Source: Sinorhizobium meliloti
GTDB taxonomy: Bacteria > Pseudomonadota > Alphaproteobacteria > Rhizobiales > Rhizobiaceae
NCBI RefSeq assembly: GCF_017876815.1
Contig: NZ_JAGIOS010000003.1
Span: forward strand, 360,001 to 392,000
Length of the DNA stretch: 32,000 bases
Direction of reading: 5' to 3'
The position numbers and the translations under genes are program-made. Positions 18,876 to 27,532 of the stretch are shown here, one piece after another (the first letter of the stretch is position 1; every line of letters starts with the position of its first letter). The notes below the pieces were generated by a model, which searched no databases, was not told the DNA's origin, and was given only the letters and a program-made list of their open reading frames with translations.

Positions 18876-19817
18876 ATGGACATACAACGCCTCAAACCGC
18901 ACCTGCCCTGGATCACGCTCACGGTGCTCGTCGCCATCGTCGGCATGGCCGATCCCGGCTTTCTCAAGCCGCAAAACCTCATGAGCCTCGCAGGCGACAT
19001 CGTGCCGCTCTTCATCATGGCGCTCGGCCTGACCTTCGCCATCTATATCGGAGGCATCGACCTGTCGGCCCAGTCCATGGCCAACATGGTGACCGTGATT
19101 GCCTCGGTCTACCTTGCATCGATGGGAGCCTGGGTGGCCCTTCTCTGCGTGGCCGCGGGTTTCCTGCTGGGCACCTTGTCGGGCTACATCACCACGAGGC
19201 TTTACGTTCCGTCCTTCATTTCCACTCTTGCCGTAGGCGGCGTCGCTTTTTCGGTCGCACAGTGGCTGTCCGGCCAGCGCGCGCTGAACATGGACGCGGC
19301 GCAACGCAACGAGACCTTCGGCTGGATGATCGGCCGGACATGGGGGGTCCCGAACGAACTCCTCATCGCGGCAGTGCTCCTCCTCGTCTGCCTCTTCATC
19401 GAGCGCCGGACCATTCTCGGACGGGCGCTGAAGGCCGTCGGCGCAGGCGAGCTCGCCGCCGCCGCATCGGGTTTGAACGTGGCCCGCTACAAGATACTGG
19501 CCTTTGCGATTTCCGGTGCGCTTGCGGCGATTGCCGGCCTCCTGTTCGCAGTCAAGCTGTCGGGCGGAGCGCCGACGATCGCCAACGGTTTCCTGCTGCC
19601 GGCTATCGTCGCCGTTCTCGTTGGCGGAACTCCGCTGACGGGCGGCGTGGGTGGGGTCCTCAACACGGTTATCGGCACCCTGATCGTGGCGGTCATTCGC
19701 GCCTCGATGCTCTATTTCGAGATCGATGCGACACAACAGCAGATGGTCTTCGGCATCGTCCTCATCGGCGCCATCGCCTTGACGATCGACCGGGCCAAGC
19801 TCAGGACCGTGAAGTAG
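18876..19817 (+). CDS. monosaccharide-type ABC transporter permease 2
   Basis: 313 aa. Hydrophobic RbsC-like sequence. RBS gagga. Confidence 0.9.
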   Translation: MDIQRLKPHLPWITLTVLVAIVGMADPGFLKPQNLMSLAGDIVPLFIMALGLTFAIYIGGIDLSAQSMANMVTVIASVYLASMGAWVALLCVAAGFLLGTLSGYITTRLYVPSFISTLAVGGVAFSVAQWLSGQRALNMDAAQRNETFGWMIGRTWGVPNELLIAAVLLLVCLFIERRTILGRALKAVGAGELAAAASGLNVARYKILAFAISGALAAIAGLLFAVKLSGGAPTIANGFLLPAIVAVLVGGTPLTGGVGGVLNTVIGTLIVAVIRASMLYFEIDATQQQMVFGIVLIGAIALTIDRAKLRTVK

Positions 19818-19826
19818 GAGAGAAGG

Positions 19827-20861
19827 ATGGCGACGATGAAAGCTGCCGTTCTCGTGGAGCCGCGCCGGTTTGAAGTCAGAGAGGTCGGCATTCCCGAGAT
19901 CGGTCCAGCCGACGTCCTGATCCGCGTAACGCGGGCGGGCATATGCGGTACCGACCTCCACATATTCAACGGCCATTACGCGGCTGATCGGTTGCCGATA
20001 GTGCCTGGGCACGAGTTCTGCGGGACGATCGCCGAGATTGGCGCAAGCGTGACGCACCTCAAGACCGGGATGCGTGTGGTCGCGGACATCAATATCGGTT
20101 GCGGCAACTGCTACTGGTGCCGACGCAACGAGGTTCTGAACTGCGGCGAAGTGGAGCAGATCGGGATCGGGCGCGATGGAGCCTTTGCGCAGTATGTCGC
20201 TCTTCCCGGCCGTCTGGTGCTCCCGGTGCCGGATGGGGTTCCCGAAGCAGTTCTTGCCCTCGTCGAACCGGTCGCCTGCGTCGTCCGGGCGGCGCGCAAG
20301 GCCGGTGCGGCCTTCGGTCGGTCGGGAGTGGTTCTGGGAGCGGGCCCCATCGGCAACCTGCATGTCCAGATGATGCGCCTTGTCGGCATGGCCCCGATCA
20401 TTGTTGCGGATCTGTCGAGCGAGCGCTGCCGCATGGCGGTTGAGGCGGGCGCGGATGCTGCTGTATCGGAGCCGGCGACGCTCAGGAGCAAGGTGCTGGA
20501 GATGACGGGCGGACGCGGCGCAGATATCGTCGTCGAAAGCGTCGGCAGCTCGAAGCTCTATCGCCAGGCCTTCGACCTGGTCCGCAAGGGCGGTCATGTG
20601 GCTTTCTTCGGGATTACCCCGCCAGGCGAGACCATTCCGATCGAGATACTCAGGACTGTACTCGAGGAAAACAGCCTCAAAGGCTCGGTTGCCGGAATGG
20701 GGGAGGACATGCATGACGCGCTGACGCTTCTGTCCCATGGCAGGTTCCGGACCGCGGCCTTCACCGCTGCTCACTATCCGCTCGAACGCATTCAGGAGGC
20801 CTTCGAAACGATTCCGGCAAGAACCGGGCACCTCAAGACCCAGATCCTGCTGGACGCTTAG
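19827..20861 (+). CDS. zinc-dependent alcohol/polyol dehydrogenase (sorbitol / L-idonate / threonine dehydrogenase-like MDR)
   Basis: 344 aa. Catalytic Zn ligands GICGTDLH and PGHEF. Structural Zn cluster CGNCYWCRRNEVLNC. Rossmann motif GAGPIGN. Confidence 0.9.
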   Translation: MATMKAAVLVEPRRFEVREVGIPEIGPADVLIRVTRAGICGTDLHIFNGHYAADRLPIVPGHEFCGTIAEIGASVTHLKTGMRVVADINIGCGNCYWCRRNEVLNCGEVEQIGIGRDGAFAQYVALPGRLVLPVPDGVPEAVLALVEPVACVVRAARKAGAAFGRSGVVLGAGPIGNLHVQMMRLVGMAPIIVADLSSERCRMAVEAGADAAVSEPATLRSKVLEMTGGRGADIVVESVGSSKLYRQAFDLVRKGGHVAFFGITPPGETIPIEILRTVLEENSLKGSVAGMGEDMHDALTLLSHGRFRTAAFTAAHYPLERIQEAFETIPARTGHLKTQILLDA

Positions 20862-20862
20862 T

Positions 20863-20916
20863 GCGGGATGAGGAAGTGTCTGCGCGGTTTTCCGCCGCAT
20901 CCCGCTCCAGTTTTTT
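20863..20916 (+). terminator. rho-independent-like terminator after the Zn-ADH gene
   Basis: GCGGGATG (20863..20870) pairs with CATCCCGC (20898..20905), with an inner GCGG-tttt-CCGC element. A TTTTTT run follows at 20911..20916. Confidence 0.5.
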
Positions 20917-20988
20917 GAATCGATTACGGCCATGACTTCAGGTCGACCGGACCTAAAGCCATCGTGGTCGAGTGCGCAGCTAACAGCA

Positions 20989-21004
20989 ATATCCGTTTAG
21001 TTAC
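20989..21004 (+). promoter_or_regulatory. island operator copy C: ATATCCGTTTAGTTAC
   Basis: Ends 7 nt before the gggagg RBS of the ALDH gene. 14/16 identical to copy D. Confidence 0.5.
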
Positions 21005-21023
21005 TAGAATAGGGAGGCACCCG

Positions 21024-22520
21024 ATGGACCAGCTGAACAACTTCCTTTCCCCTCCGGCCGCCCCGCGGGATTTCGGTTTCTTCGTGGACGGCAAATGGCA
21101 AAGCGGGCATGACTTCTTCGTGCGGCACTCGCCCGGACATGGCGTTGCGGTCACCCGCACGGCAAAATGCAGCGTCGACGACCTGAATGCCGCAGTCGCC
21201 GCCGCACGCCGGGCTTTCGAGGACCGGCGTTGGTCCGGTCTCCCGGGGGGCTCTCGTGCCTCGGTACTGCTGCGGGTGGCCGAGATCCTGCGCACCCGCC
21301 GCGATGAGCTCGCCTATTGGGAGACGCTGGAAAATGGCAAACCGATCGCTCAGGCGCGCGGCGAGATCGACCACTGCATCGCCTGCTTCGAAGTAGGCGC
21401 GGGTGCAGCCCGCCTTCTGCACGGCGACAGCTTCAATTCGCTCGGAGACGGATTGTTCGGCATGGTTCTGCGCGAGCCGATCGGGGTCGTCGGGCTCATC
21501 ACGCCATGGAACTTTCCTTTCCTTATCCTGTGCGAGCGCGTTCCCTTCATTCTCGCATCGGGTTGCACGATGGTCGTGAAACCGTCGGAGGTGACTTCCG
21601 CGACGACTCTCATACTTGCCGAGGTGCTCGCCGAAGCCGGACTGCCCGACGGCGTGTATAACGTCATCACCGGCTCGGGCCGGACGATCGGCCAGGCCAT
21701 GAGTGAGCATCCGGACATCGACATGCTGTCGTTCACGGGTTCGACCGCCGTTGGCCGTTCCTGCGTGCATGCGGCCGCCGACAGCAATTTCAAGAAGCTC
21801 GGCCTGGAGCTTGGAGGCAAGAACCCGATCATCGTCTTTGCCGACTCCGATCTAGAGGATGCCGCCGATGGCGCAGCTTTCGGCATCAGCTTCAATACGG
21901 GACAATGCTGCGTGTCCTCATCGCGCTTGATCGTCGAGCGATCGGTGGCGCGCGAATTCGAAGCGCTGCTTGCAGAGAAGATGAAACGCATACGCGTCGG
22001 GGACCCGCTGGACGAGACGACCCAGGTCGGCGCGATCACGACCGAAGCGCAGAACACGACCATTCTCGACTATATCGCCAAGGGCAAGACGGAAGGAGCG
22101 GAGCTCGTGACCGGGGGGACCGCCATCGATCTCGGCCGCGGGCAATACATCGCGCCCACGCTGTTTTCGGGCGTATCGCGTGAGATGGCGATCGCGCGTG
22201 ACGAGATCTTCGGGCCGGTGCTTTGCTCGATGACCTTCGACACGGTCGAGCAGGCGGTCGAACTGGCAAACGACACGGTTTACGGACTGGCTGCAAGCGT
22301 CTGGACCAAGAATATCGACAAGGCCCTGACCGTCACGCGCCGCGTTCGTGCGGGCCGCTTCTGGGTCAATACCATGATGGCCGGCGGGCCGGAGATGCCG
22401 CTCGGAGGCTTCAAGCAGTCCGGTTGGGGCCGCGAAGCCGGCATGTACGGGGTCGAGGAATATACGCAGGTGAAATCGGTCCATGTCGAGATCGGCAAGC
22501 GCACGCATTGGATCTCCTGA
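21024..22520 (+). CDS. NAD(P)-dependent aldehyde dehydrogenase
   Basis: ORF 20964..22520. Preferred start is ATG 21024 (MDQLNNF), preceded by gggagg. Catalytic Glu motif LELGGKNP, catalytic Cys motif NTGQCCVSSSR, and ITPWNFP. Confidence 0.95.
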   Translation: MDQLNNFLSPPAAPRDFGFFVDGKWQSGHDFFVRHSPGHGVAVTRTAKCSVDDLNAAVAAARRAFEDRRWSGLPGGSRASVLLRVAEILRTRRDELAYWETLENGKPIAQARGEIDHCIACFEVGAGAARLLHGDSFNSLGDGLFGMVLREPIGVVGLITPWNFPFLILCERVPFILASGCTMVVKPSEVTSATTLILAEVLAEAGLPDGVYNVITGSGRTIGQAMSEHPDIDMLSFTGSTAVGRSCVHAAADSNFKKLGLELGGKNPIIVFADSDLEDAADGAAFGISFNTGQCCVSSSRLIVERSVAREFEALLAEKMKRIRVGDPLDETTQVGAITTEAQNTTILDYIAKGKTEGAELVTGGTAIDLGRGQYIAPTLFSGVSREMAIARDEIFGPVLCSMTFDTVEQAVELANDTVYGLAASVWTKNIDKALTVTRRVRAGRFWVNTMMAGGPEMPLGGFKQSGWGREAGMYGVEEYTQVKSVHVEIGKRTHWIS

Positions 22521-24115
22521 TGATGGAAGGTTTTGATTACGTCATCGTCGGCGGCGGATCGTCGGGCTGCGTTCTGGCCGCCCGCCTTTCCGAGAACCCT
22601 TCGGTGCGCGTCTGCCTGATCGAGGCGGGCGGGCGCGACCGTCACCCGTTGATCCACATGCCGGTCGGCTTCGCAAAGATGACCGCGGGGCCGATGACCT
22701 GGGGCCTGACGACCGCCCCGCAGAAACATGCAAACAACCGCGAGATTCCCTATGCCCAGGCGAGAGTGCTCGGCGGAGGGTCCTCGATCAATGCCGAGGT
22801 CTATACGCGCGGCCACCCGCGGGACTATGACCGCTGGGTGGAAGAGGGGGCCGACGGATGGAGCTTTCAGGAGGTGAAGCCTTACTTCCTGCGATCCGAG
22901 GGCAATACGATCCTCTCCGGCGAGTGGCACGGGACGGACGGTCCTCTCGGAGTCTCCAACCTTCCCGATCCGCAGCCGATGACACGGGCTTTCGTCCAGA
23001 GCTGCCAGGAACTCGGCATCCCCTATAATCCCGACTTCAACGGGCCGGTCCAGGAAGGTGCGGGGGTCTACCAGACGACGATCCGCAACAGCCGCCGTTG
23101 CTCGGCCGCTGTCGGATATTTGCGGCCGGCGCTCGCGCGCAAGAACCTCATGCTCATCACGGGTGCGCTTGTCCTGCGCATCGTATTCCAGGGCCGCCGC
23201 GCCGTCGGCGTCGAATACTCGACCGGGGGCGCCGCGAAGATCGCCCGGGCGGAAAGCGAGGTTCTCGTCACCTCGGGTGCGATCGGAACGCCTAAGCTCA
23301 TGATGCTTTCAGGCGTCGGCCCGGCCGCCTCTCTGCGGAGCCACGGTATCGACGTCGTGCAGGATATGGCGGGGGTCGGCCAGAACCTCCACGATCACTT
23401 CGGCGTGGACATCGTTGCCGAACTGAAGGGGCATGACAGCCTCGACAAGTACAACAAGTTCCACTGGATGCTCTTGGCGGGAATCGAATACGCGCTTTTC
23501 AAATCCGGGCCGGTCGCCTCGAATGTTGTGGAGGGTGGAGCCTTCTGGTACGGCGATAGGGCAAGCCCCTATCCCGACCTGCAATTCCACTTTCTTGCGG
23601 GGGCGGGAGCCGAGGCCGGGGTGCCGAGCGTCCCAAAGGGTTCCTCCGGCGTGACCTTGAATTCCTACACGGTCCGGCCGAAGTCACGGGGTTCCGTCAC
23701 CCTTCGTTCTGCCGACCCCCGTGCCCTGCCGATCGTCGACCCGAACTTCCTCGATGATCCGGATGATCTCAGGATCTCGGTCGAAGGCATCAGGATCAGC
23801 AGGGAAATTTTCGGGCAGCCGTCGCTGCAGAAGTACATCAAGACGATCCGCTTCCCCGACGAGAGCGTCAGGACACAGGCCGACTTCGAGGCCTATGCGC
23901 GGCAATACGGGCGGACGTCCTATCACCCGACATGCACCTGCAAGATGGGTCGCGACGATATGTCGGTGGTCGATCCGCAGCTCCGCGTCCACGGCCTTGA
24001 CGGCATCCGCATCTGCGACAGTTCGGTGATGCCCAGTCTCGTGGGCTCCAATACCAATGCGGCTACCATCATGATCGGCGAGAAGGCGGCCGATCTGATA
24101 CGGGGCAACATTTGA
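22520..24115 (+). CDS. GMC family FAD oxidoreductase (choline / alcohol dehydrogenase-like)
   Basis: ORF 22223..24115. Preferred start is ATG 22520 (MMEGFDYVIVGGGSSGCVLAARLSE), overlapping the ALDH TGA by 1 nt. It has the N-terminal FAD fold and C-terminal GMC region (HPTCTCKMG, VCDSSVMP-like RICDSSVMP). Confidence 0.95.
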   Translation: MMEGFDYVIVGGGSSGCVLAARLSENPSVRVCLIEAGGRDRHPLIHMPVGFAKMTAGPMTWGLTTAPQKHANNREIPYAQARVLGGGSSINAEVYTRGHPRDYDRWVEEGADGWSFQEVKPYFLRSEGNTILSGEWHGTDGPLGVSNLPDPQPMTRAFVQSCQELGIPYNPDFNGPVQEGAGVYQTTIRNSRRCSAAVGYLRPALARKNLMLITGALVLRIVFQGRRAVGVEYSTGGAAKIARAESEVLVTSGAIGTPKLMMLSGVGPAASLRSHGIDVVQDMAGVGQNLHDHFGVDIVAELKGHDSLDKYNKFHWMLLAGIEYALFKSGPVASNVVEGGAFWYGDRASPYPDLQFHFLAGAGAEAGVPSVPKGSSGVTLNSYTVRPKSRGSVTLRSADPRALPIVDPNFLDDPDDLRISVEGIRISREIFGQPSLQKYIKTIRFPDESVRTQADFEAYARQYGRTSYHPTCTCKMGRDDMSVVDPQLRVHGLDGIRICDSSVMPSLVGSNTNAATIMIGEKAADLIRGNI

Positions 24116-24133
24116 ACGCGCGGGAGCGGCGTC

Positions 24134-24164
24134 ACCTTTCTCTGCTGACCACGCAGAGAAAGGT
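24134..24164 (+). terminator. perfect 12-bp stem hairpin after the GMC gene
   Basis: ACCTTTCTCTGC (24134..24145), loop TGACCAC, GCAGAGAAAGGT (24153..24164). No T-tract follows. Confidence 0.55.
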
Positions 24165-24293
24165 ACGGTGGGCTAGCGTGAAATCTGCTGAAGTCCACTT
24201 TAGTCTAGCAAGCGACAGCCTAGCGCCTGGGCGTGGCCGCGATCCGACGCGACGCTTGACTGCGACGCAGTAACGGATGAGTCCCGACGCAAT

Positions 24294-24322
24294 TTGACAA
24301 GTGTGCTACTGAGTAGCATGAT
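24294..24322 (+). promoter_or_regulatory. parDE promoter candidate with an embedded operator palindrome
   Basis: TTGACA (24294..24299), a 17-nt spacer, then CATGAT (24317..24322). The spacer holds TGCTACT-G-AGTAGCA (24304..24318), a perfect 7+7 inverted repeat. RBS aaaggag lies 8 nt before ATG 24343. Confidence 0.45.
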
Positions 24323-24342
24323 GGGTCAAAGGAGTTCAGCCG

Positions 24343-24618
24343 ATGAGTGTCAAATCATCGATCTCACTGACCGATCAACAGGATGCGTTCGCCCGTTCGT
24401 TGGTAGAGAGCGGCCGGTATTCCAGCCTGAGTTCCGTCCTGCAGCAGGGCCTCGAACTGCTTCGTCAAAAGACGGAAGCGGAGGCCGTCGAAACGGCAGC
24501 GCTTCGTGAGGTGATCCAGCGTCGATTAACAGGACCGATGATTTCTGCGACGGAAATGGAAGGCCGCGTCGCGGCAATGATTGAGCGGAAGCGACGGACT
24601 GTGCGTGTGGACACTTGA
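24343..24618 (+). CDS. parD: type II antitoxin, ParD family (ribbon-helix-helix)
   Basis: 91 aa. The N-terminus SSISLTDQQDAFARSLVESGRYSSLSSVLQQGLELLRQ matches the ParD_antitoxin pattern (..SL.......I...V.SGRY.S.SEV.R.GLRLL). Confidence 0.85.
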   Translation: MSVKSSISLTDQQDAFARSLVESGRYSSLSSVLQQGLELLRQKTEAEAVETAALREVIQRRLTGPMISATEMEGRVAAMIERKRRTVRVDT

Positions 24619-24949
24619 ATATTCTGCGGATGTCGAACGCGATTTCGAGCTGATTTTCGATCATCTGTTCGACGCTTATGTCAAACTTGGAGATCTGCCT
24701 GACGAGGCGTTGGAGCGTAGCGCTGAACGAATCCGCAAACTGCGCCTCGAATTCGATCGTCTCGTGGATACGCCTTATATCGGGACATTGCGGCCCGATA
24801 TACATTCCGGGATCCGGTTTCTTCGGCGGGACAAGACGGCAATATGGTTTCTACCGGTAGAACGTAGCCGTACAATCATTGTGGCAGCAATTTTCTATGA
24901 TGCGCAAGACCACATCAGGCATATGCCCGCACGCATGCTGGCGGAATAA
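24605..24949 (+). CDS. parE: type II toxin, RelE/ParE family
   Basis: ORF 24581..24949. Preferred start is GTG 24605 (VWTLEYSADVERDFELIFDHL), overlapping parD by 14 nt. ParE-like length, with the N-terminal A..D...I..... pattern and C-terminal IVAAIFYDAQD. Confidence 0.8.
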   Translation: MWTLEYSADVERDFELIFDHLFDAYVKLGDLPDEALERSAERIRKLRLEFDRLVDTPYIGTLRPDIHSGIRFLRRDKTAIWFLPVERSRTIIVAAIFYDAQDHIRHMPARMLAE

Positions 24950-25014
24950 AGCTCCTCCCTTCACGCCGCTTATTGGATGTTTCAGGCGTCCCCCGGGCGG
25001 AGGAGGTGCGTGAC

Positions 25015-25836
25015 CTACCGGTCCCAATCCGGAACCCAGGGCAACATCCCGGCTTTCAGAATCCGATAGTTTGTCGCGTTCATCGCATCGATCCGCTTCA
25101 TGTCGTGCGGCGAAAGCGCAAAATCCAATATCTCGAAATTCGCCCGGATATTCTCCGGCTTGGTGGACATGGTATTCATGGACACGCCCTTCTGAAGAAT
25201 CCAGCGAAGCACCGTCTGGGCAGCCGTCTTGCCGTATCTTGCGCCGATCTCGGCGAAGACCGGATGCTTGAACACCTCGCCCCTGGCAACCGAACAGTAG
25301 GATGACAGCGCAATCTTCGTTTCCTCGGCTGCGTCGAGAAGCCGGCTCTGGTCGATGAGCGGGTGGAATTCGACCTGGTTGGTCACCAGCGGCGCCTCTA
25401 CGATCGATTGTGCTTCGCGCATCATCGGGGCCGTGTAATTGGAGACGCCGATGTTGCGGGCGAGACCGATGTCGAATGCCTTCTGTAGCAGCCGCAGGGA
25501 TCGCGCGTTCTCACCATTGATCTCCGGCCAATGCAGCATCAGGACATCGGCCTGATCGACCCGCAAGGCCTTCAGGCTCGCCTCGACCGAAGGCAGGAAT
25601 GCTTCTTCGGAATAATTATCGGGGTGCACTTTCGTGGTGATGCATAGCTCGTCACGAGCCAGGCCGCTTTCGGCAAGCGCTTCCCCCGTCTCGGCCTCGT
25701 TGCCGTACATCTGTGCGGTGTCGAAGGCGCGGTACCCGACCGTGATGGCCTCGCGAACGGCAGCCTTCAACGGCTCGCCCTTCAGTGGGTAGGTGCCGAA
25801 GCCTCTCTGATAGCTCTTCTCGAAATAGACGCTCAT
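25015..25836 (-). CDS. aldo/keto reductase (2,5-diketo-D-gluconate reductase-like)
   Basis: ORF 25015..25848. Preferred start is ATG 25836, just after GGGAGG. Motifs FDTAQMYGNE, MLHWP and IGVSNY. Confidence 0.9.
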   Translation of the reverse strand: MSVYFEKSYQRGFGTYPLKGEPLKAAVREAITVGYRAFDTAQMYGNEAETGEALAESGLARDELCITTKVHPDNYSEEAFLPSVEASLKALRVDQADVLMLHWPEINGENARSLRLLQKAFDIGLARNIGVSNYTAPMMREAQSIVEAPLVTNQVEFHPLIDQSRLLDAAEETKIALSSYCSVARGEVFKHPVFAEIGARYGKTAAQTVLRWILQKGVSMNTMSTKPENIRANFEILDFALSPHDMKRIDAMNATNYRILKAGMLPWVPDWDR

Positions 25837-25917
25837 CGGTCCTCCCATTGGTTAGCCATTAAAACGGGAGCTGAGGAAAAATGCCCCCTTGCCTCTACCG
25901 TTCATCATGCTTAAGCT

Positions 25918-25933
25918 ATATCTGGTTAGTTAC
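25918..25933 (+). promoter_or_regulatory. island operator copy D: ATATCTGGTTAGTTAC
   Basis: Located in the divergent intergenic region between the AKR (minus) and CoA-transferase (plus) genes, 28 nt upstream of ATG 25961. It overlaps a CTATAT hexamer (25916..25921). Confidence 0.5.
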
Positions 25934-25960
25934 TTACGCAACAAGAAAAGGAGCCTTGGC

Positions 25961-27532
25961 ATGGCAAAAGTGATGACCGCAAACGAGGCCGCCGGGCTGG
26001 TCAGGGACGGGGCGGTGCTGGCGGTCAATTCGTCGTCCGGCCTGGGTTGTCCCGATGAGGTTCTGAAGGCGCTCGGAGAGCGGTTCGAGTTGGAGGGACA
26101 TCCGCGCGGACTGACGTCGGTTCATCCCATCGCCGCCGGAGATTTCTTCGGGACGAAGGGTGTCGATCACATCGCCAGACGAGGCATGCTCAAGAAGATC
26201 ATCGGCGGTTCGTATCCTTCCGGTCCGAGCAATGCCGAGCCGCCGCTCATCTGGCAGATGATCCTGAAGGAAGAGGTGGCCGCCTGGAACGTGCCCTCTG
26301 GCATCGTCTTCGACATGCTGAGGGAAGGTGCGGCGAAACGCCCCGGCGTGCTGACCAAGGTCGGCATCGACACCTTCGTCGATCCCGAACAGGAAGGCTG
26401 CGCCATGAACGCCGCAGCGCGGAGCGAGCCGATCGTCAGGCGCGTGCGCTTTGCCGACGACGACTGGCTGCACTTTCCGCCCATTCAGCCCGATGTCGCG
26501 ATCATCCGGGCGACGACCGCCGACGAGAGAGGCAACCTGACCTTCGAGCACGAGGGTGCGACGCTCGGCGCGATGGAGATGGCGCTTGCGGCGCGCAATT
26601 CCGGCGGGATCGTCATCGCCCAGGTGAAGAGGGTCGCGGCCGAGGGAACGATGCGTCCTCACGATGTGCGCGTTCCGGGGATACTCGTCGACGTCATCGT
26701 CGAAGCGCCCGATCAATTGCAGACGACTGCGACCCCGTACGATCCTGCGATATCCGGGGAATTGTTCCGCCCGCTTCATACGTTCCGCACGCCGGCGCTG
26801 GACCCCGGCAAGGTGATCGCCCGCCGTGTGGCGCAGGAACTCAAGGCCGGCTGGGCGGTCAATATCGGGTTCGGTATTTCGGCAAACGTTCCGCGCGTGC
26901 TGATAGAGGAAGGGCATCACGGCAAGATCACCTGGGTGATCGAGCAGGGCGCAGTGGGCGGCGTGCCGCTGCTCGATTTCAAGTTCGGCTGTGCCTCCAA
27001 CGCCGAGGCCTTCGTAGCCTCGCCGCATCAGTTCTGCTATTTCCAGGCGGGCGGGTTCGACTGCTCTTTGCTTTCTTTTCTTGAAATCGACGCCGAAGGT
27101 TCGGTGAATGTCAGCCGTCTCGCAGCGACACCCCACCGCACGGCCGGCGCGGGCGGTTTCGTCGACATTACTGCGCGCGCAAGGAAGATCGTTTTCTCGG
27201 GCAATTTCAACGCGGGCGCGAAAATGCGTATCGAGGACGGGCGGCTCGTCATCGACAAGGAAGGACGAATTGCGAAGATCGTCCCGAAAGTCGATCAGGT
27301 CAGTTTTTCCGGCAGGCGCGCACGCGTTCAAGGTCAGGATGTCACCTATGTGACCGAACGCTGCGTGATGAAGCTCGAGCCCGACGGGCTCGTCGTCAGC
27401 GAGGTTGCCCCCGGATTGGACCTGAGACGGGACGTTCTCGATCAGGCAGCGACGCCCCTGCGGGTAGCCGACGGCCTCAAGGAGATGGACCAGGCCCTGT
27501 TTCTTTCAACTGCGATGGGGCTAGGCCTGTGA
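25961..27532 (+). CDS. acyl-CoA:acetate/3-ketoacid CoA-transferase, fused alpha/beta (YdiF-like, family I)
   Basis: ORF 25889..27532. Preferred start is ATG 25961 (MAKVMTANEAAGLV), preceded by aaaggag. About 520 aa single-chain family I architecture, with the EQGAVGG region where the catalytic Glu motif is expected. Confidence 0.85.
   Translation: MAKVMTANEAAGLVRDGAVLAVNSSSGLGCPDEVLKALGERFELEGHPRGLTSVHPIAAGDFFGTKGVDHIARRGMLKKIIGGSYPSGPSNAEPPLIWQMILKEEVAAWNVPSGIVFDMLREGAAKRPGVLTKVGIDTFVDPEQEGCAMNAAARSEPIVRRVRFADDDWLHFPPIQPDVAIIRATTADERGNLTFEHEGATLGAMEMALAARNSGGIVIAQVKRVAAEGTMRPHDVRVPGILVDVIVEAPDQLQTTATPYDPAISGELFRPLHTFRTPALDPGKVIARRVAQELKAGWAVNIGFGISANVPRVLIEEGHHGKITWVIEQGAVGGVPLLDFKFGCASNAEAFVASPHQFCYFQAGGFDCSLLSFLEIDAEGSVNVSRLAATPHRTAGAGGFVDITARARKIVFSGNFNAGAKMRIEDGRLVIDKEGRIAKIVPKVDQVSFSGRRARVQGQDVTYVTERCVMKLEPDGLVVSEVAPGLDLRRDVLDQAATPLRVADGLKEMDQALFLSTAMGLGL

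Noticed and set aside
22223-22519. Long N-terminal extensions offered by the ORF track: GMC from 22223, ABC ATPase from 10739, ALDH from 20964, CoA-transferase from 25889, sugar SBP from 15101, MDR from 13189 and MFS from 2993.
   Set aside because: The extensions overlap the upstream gene or run through promoter/operator DNA, and they lack family similarity. Internal starts with good RBSs give canonical N-termini, for example DYVIVGGGSSG directly after the start and a Tat motif near the N-terminus.
24270-24280. Possible seventh operator copy GTAACGGATGA upstream of parD, and a TGGTTAGCC fragment at 25849..25857 next to the AKR start.
   Set aside because: The first needs a 1-nt gap to align with GTAACTGGATG and lacks the second half-site. 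The second matches only the central part of the motif. Both are too weak to call without a scored scan.
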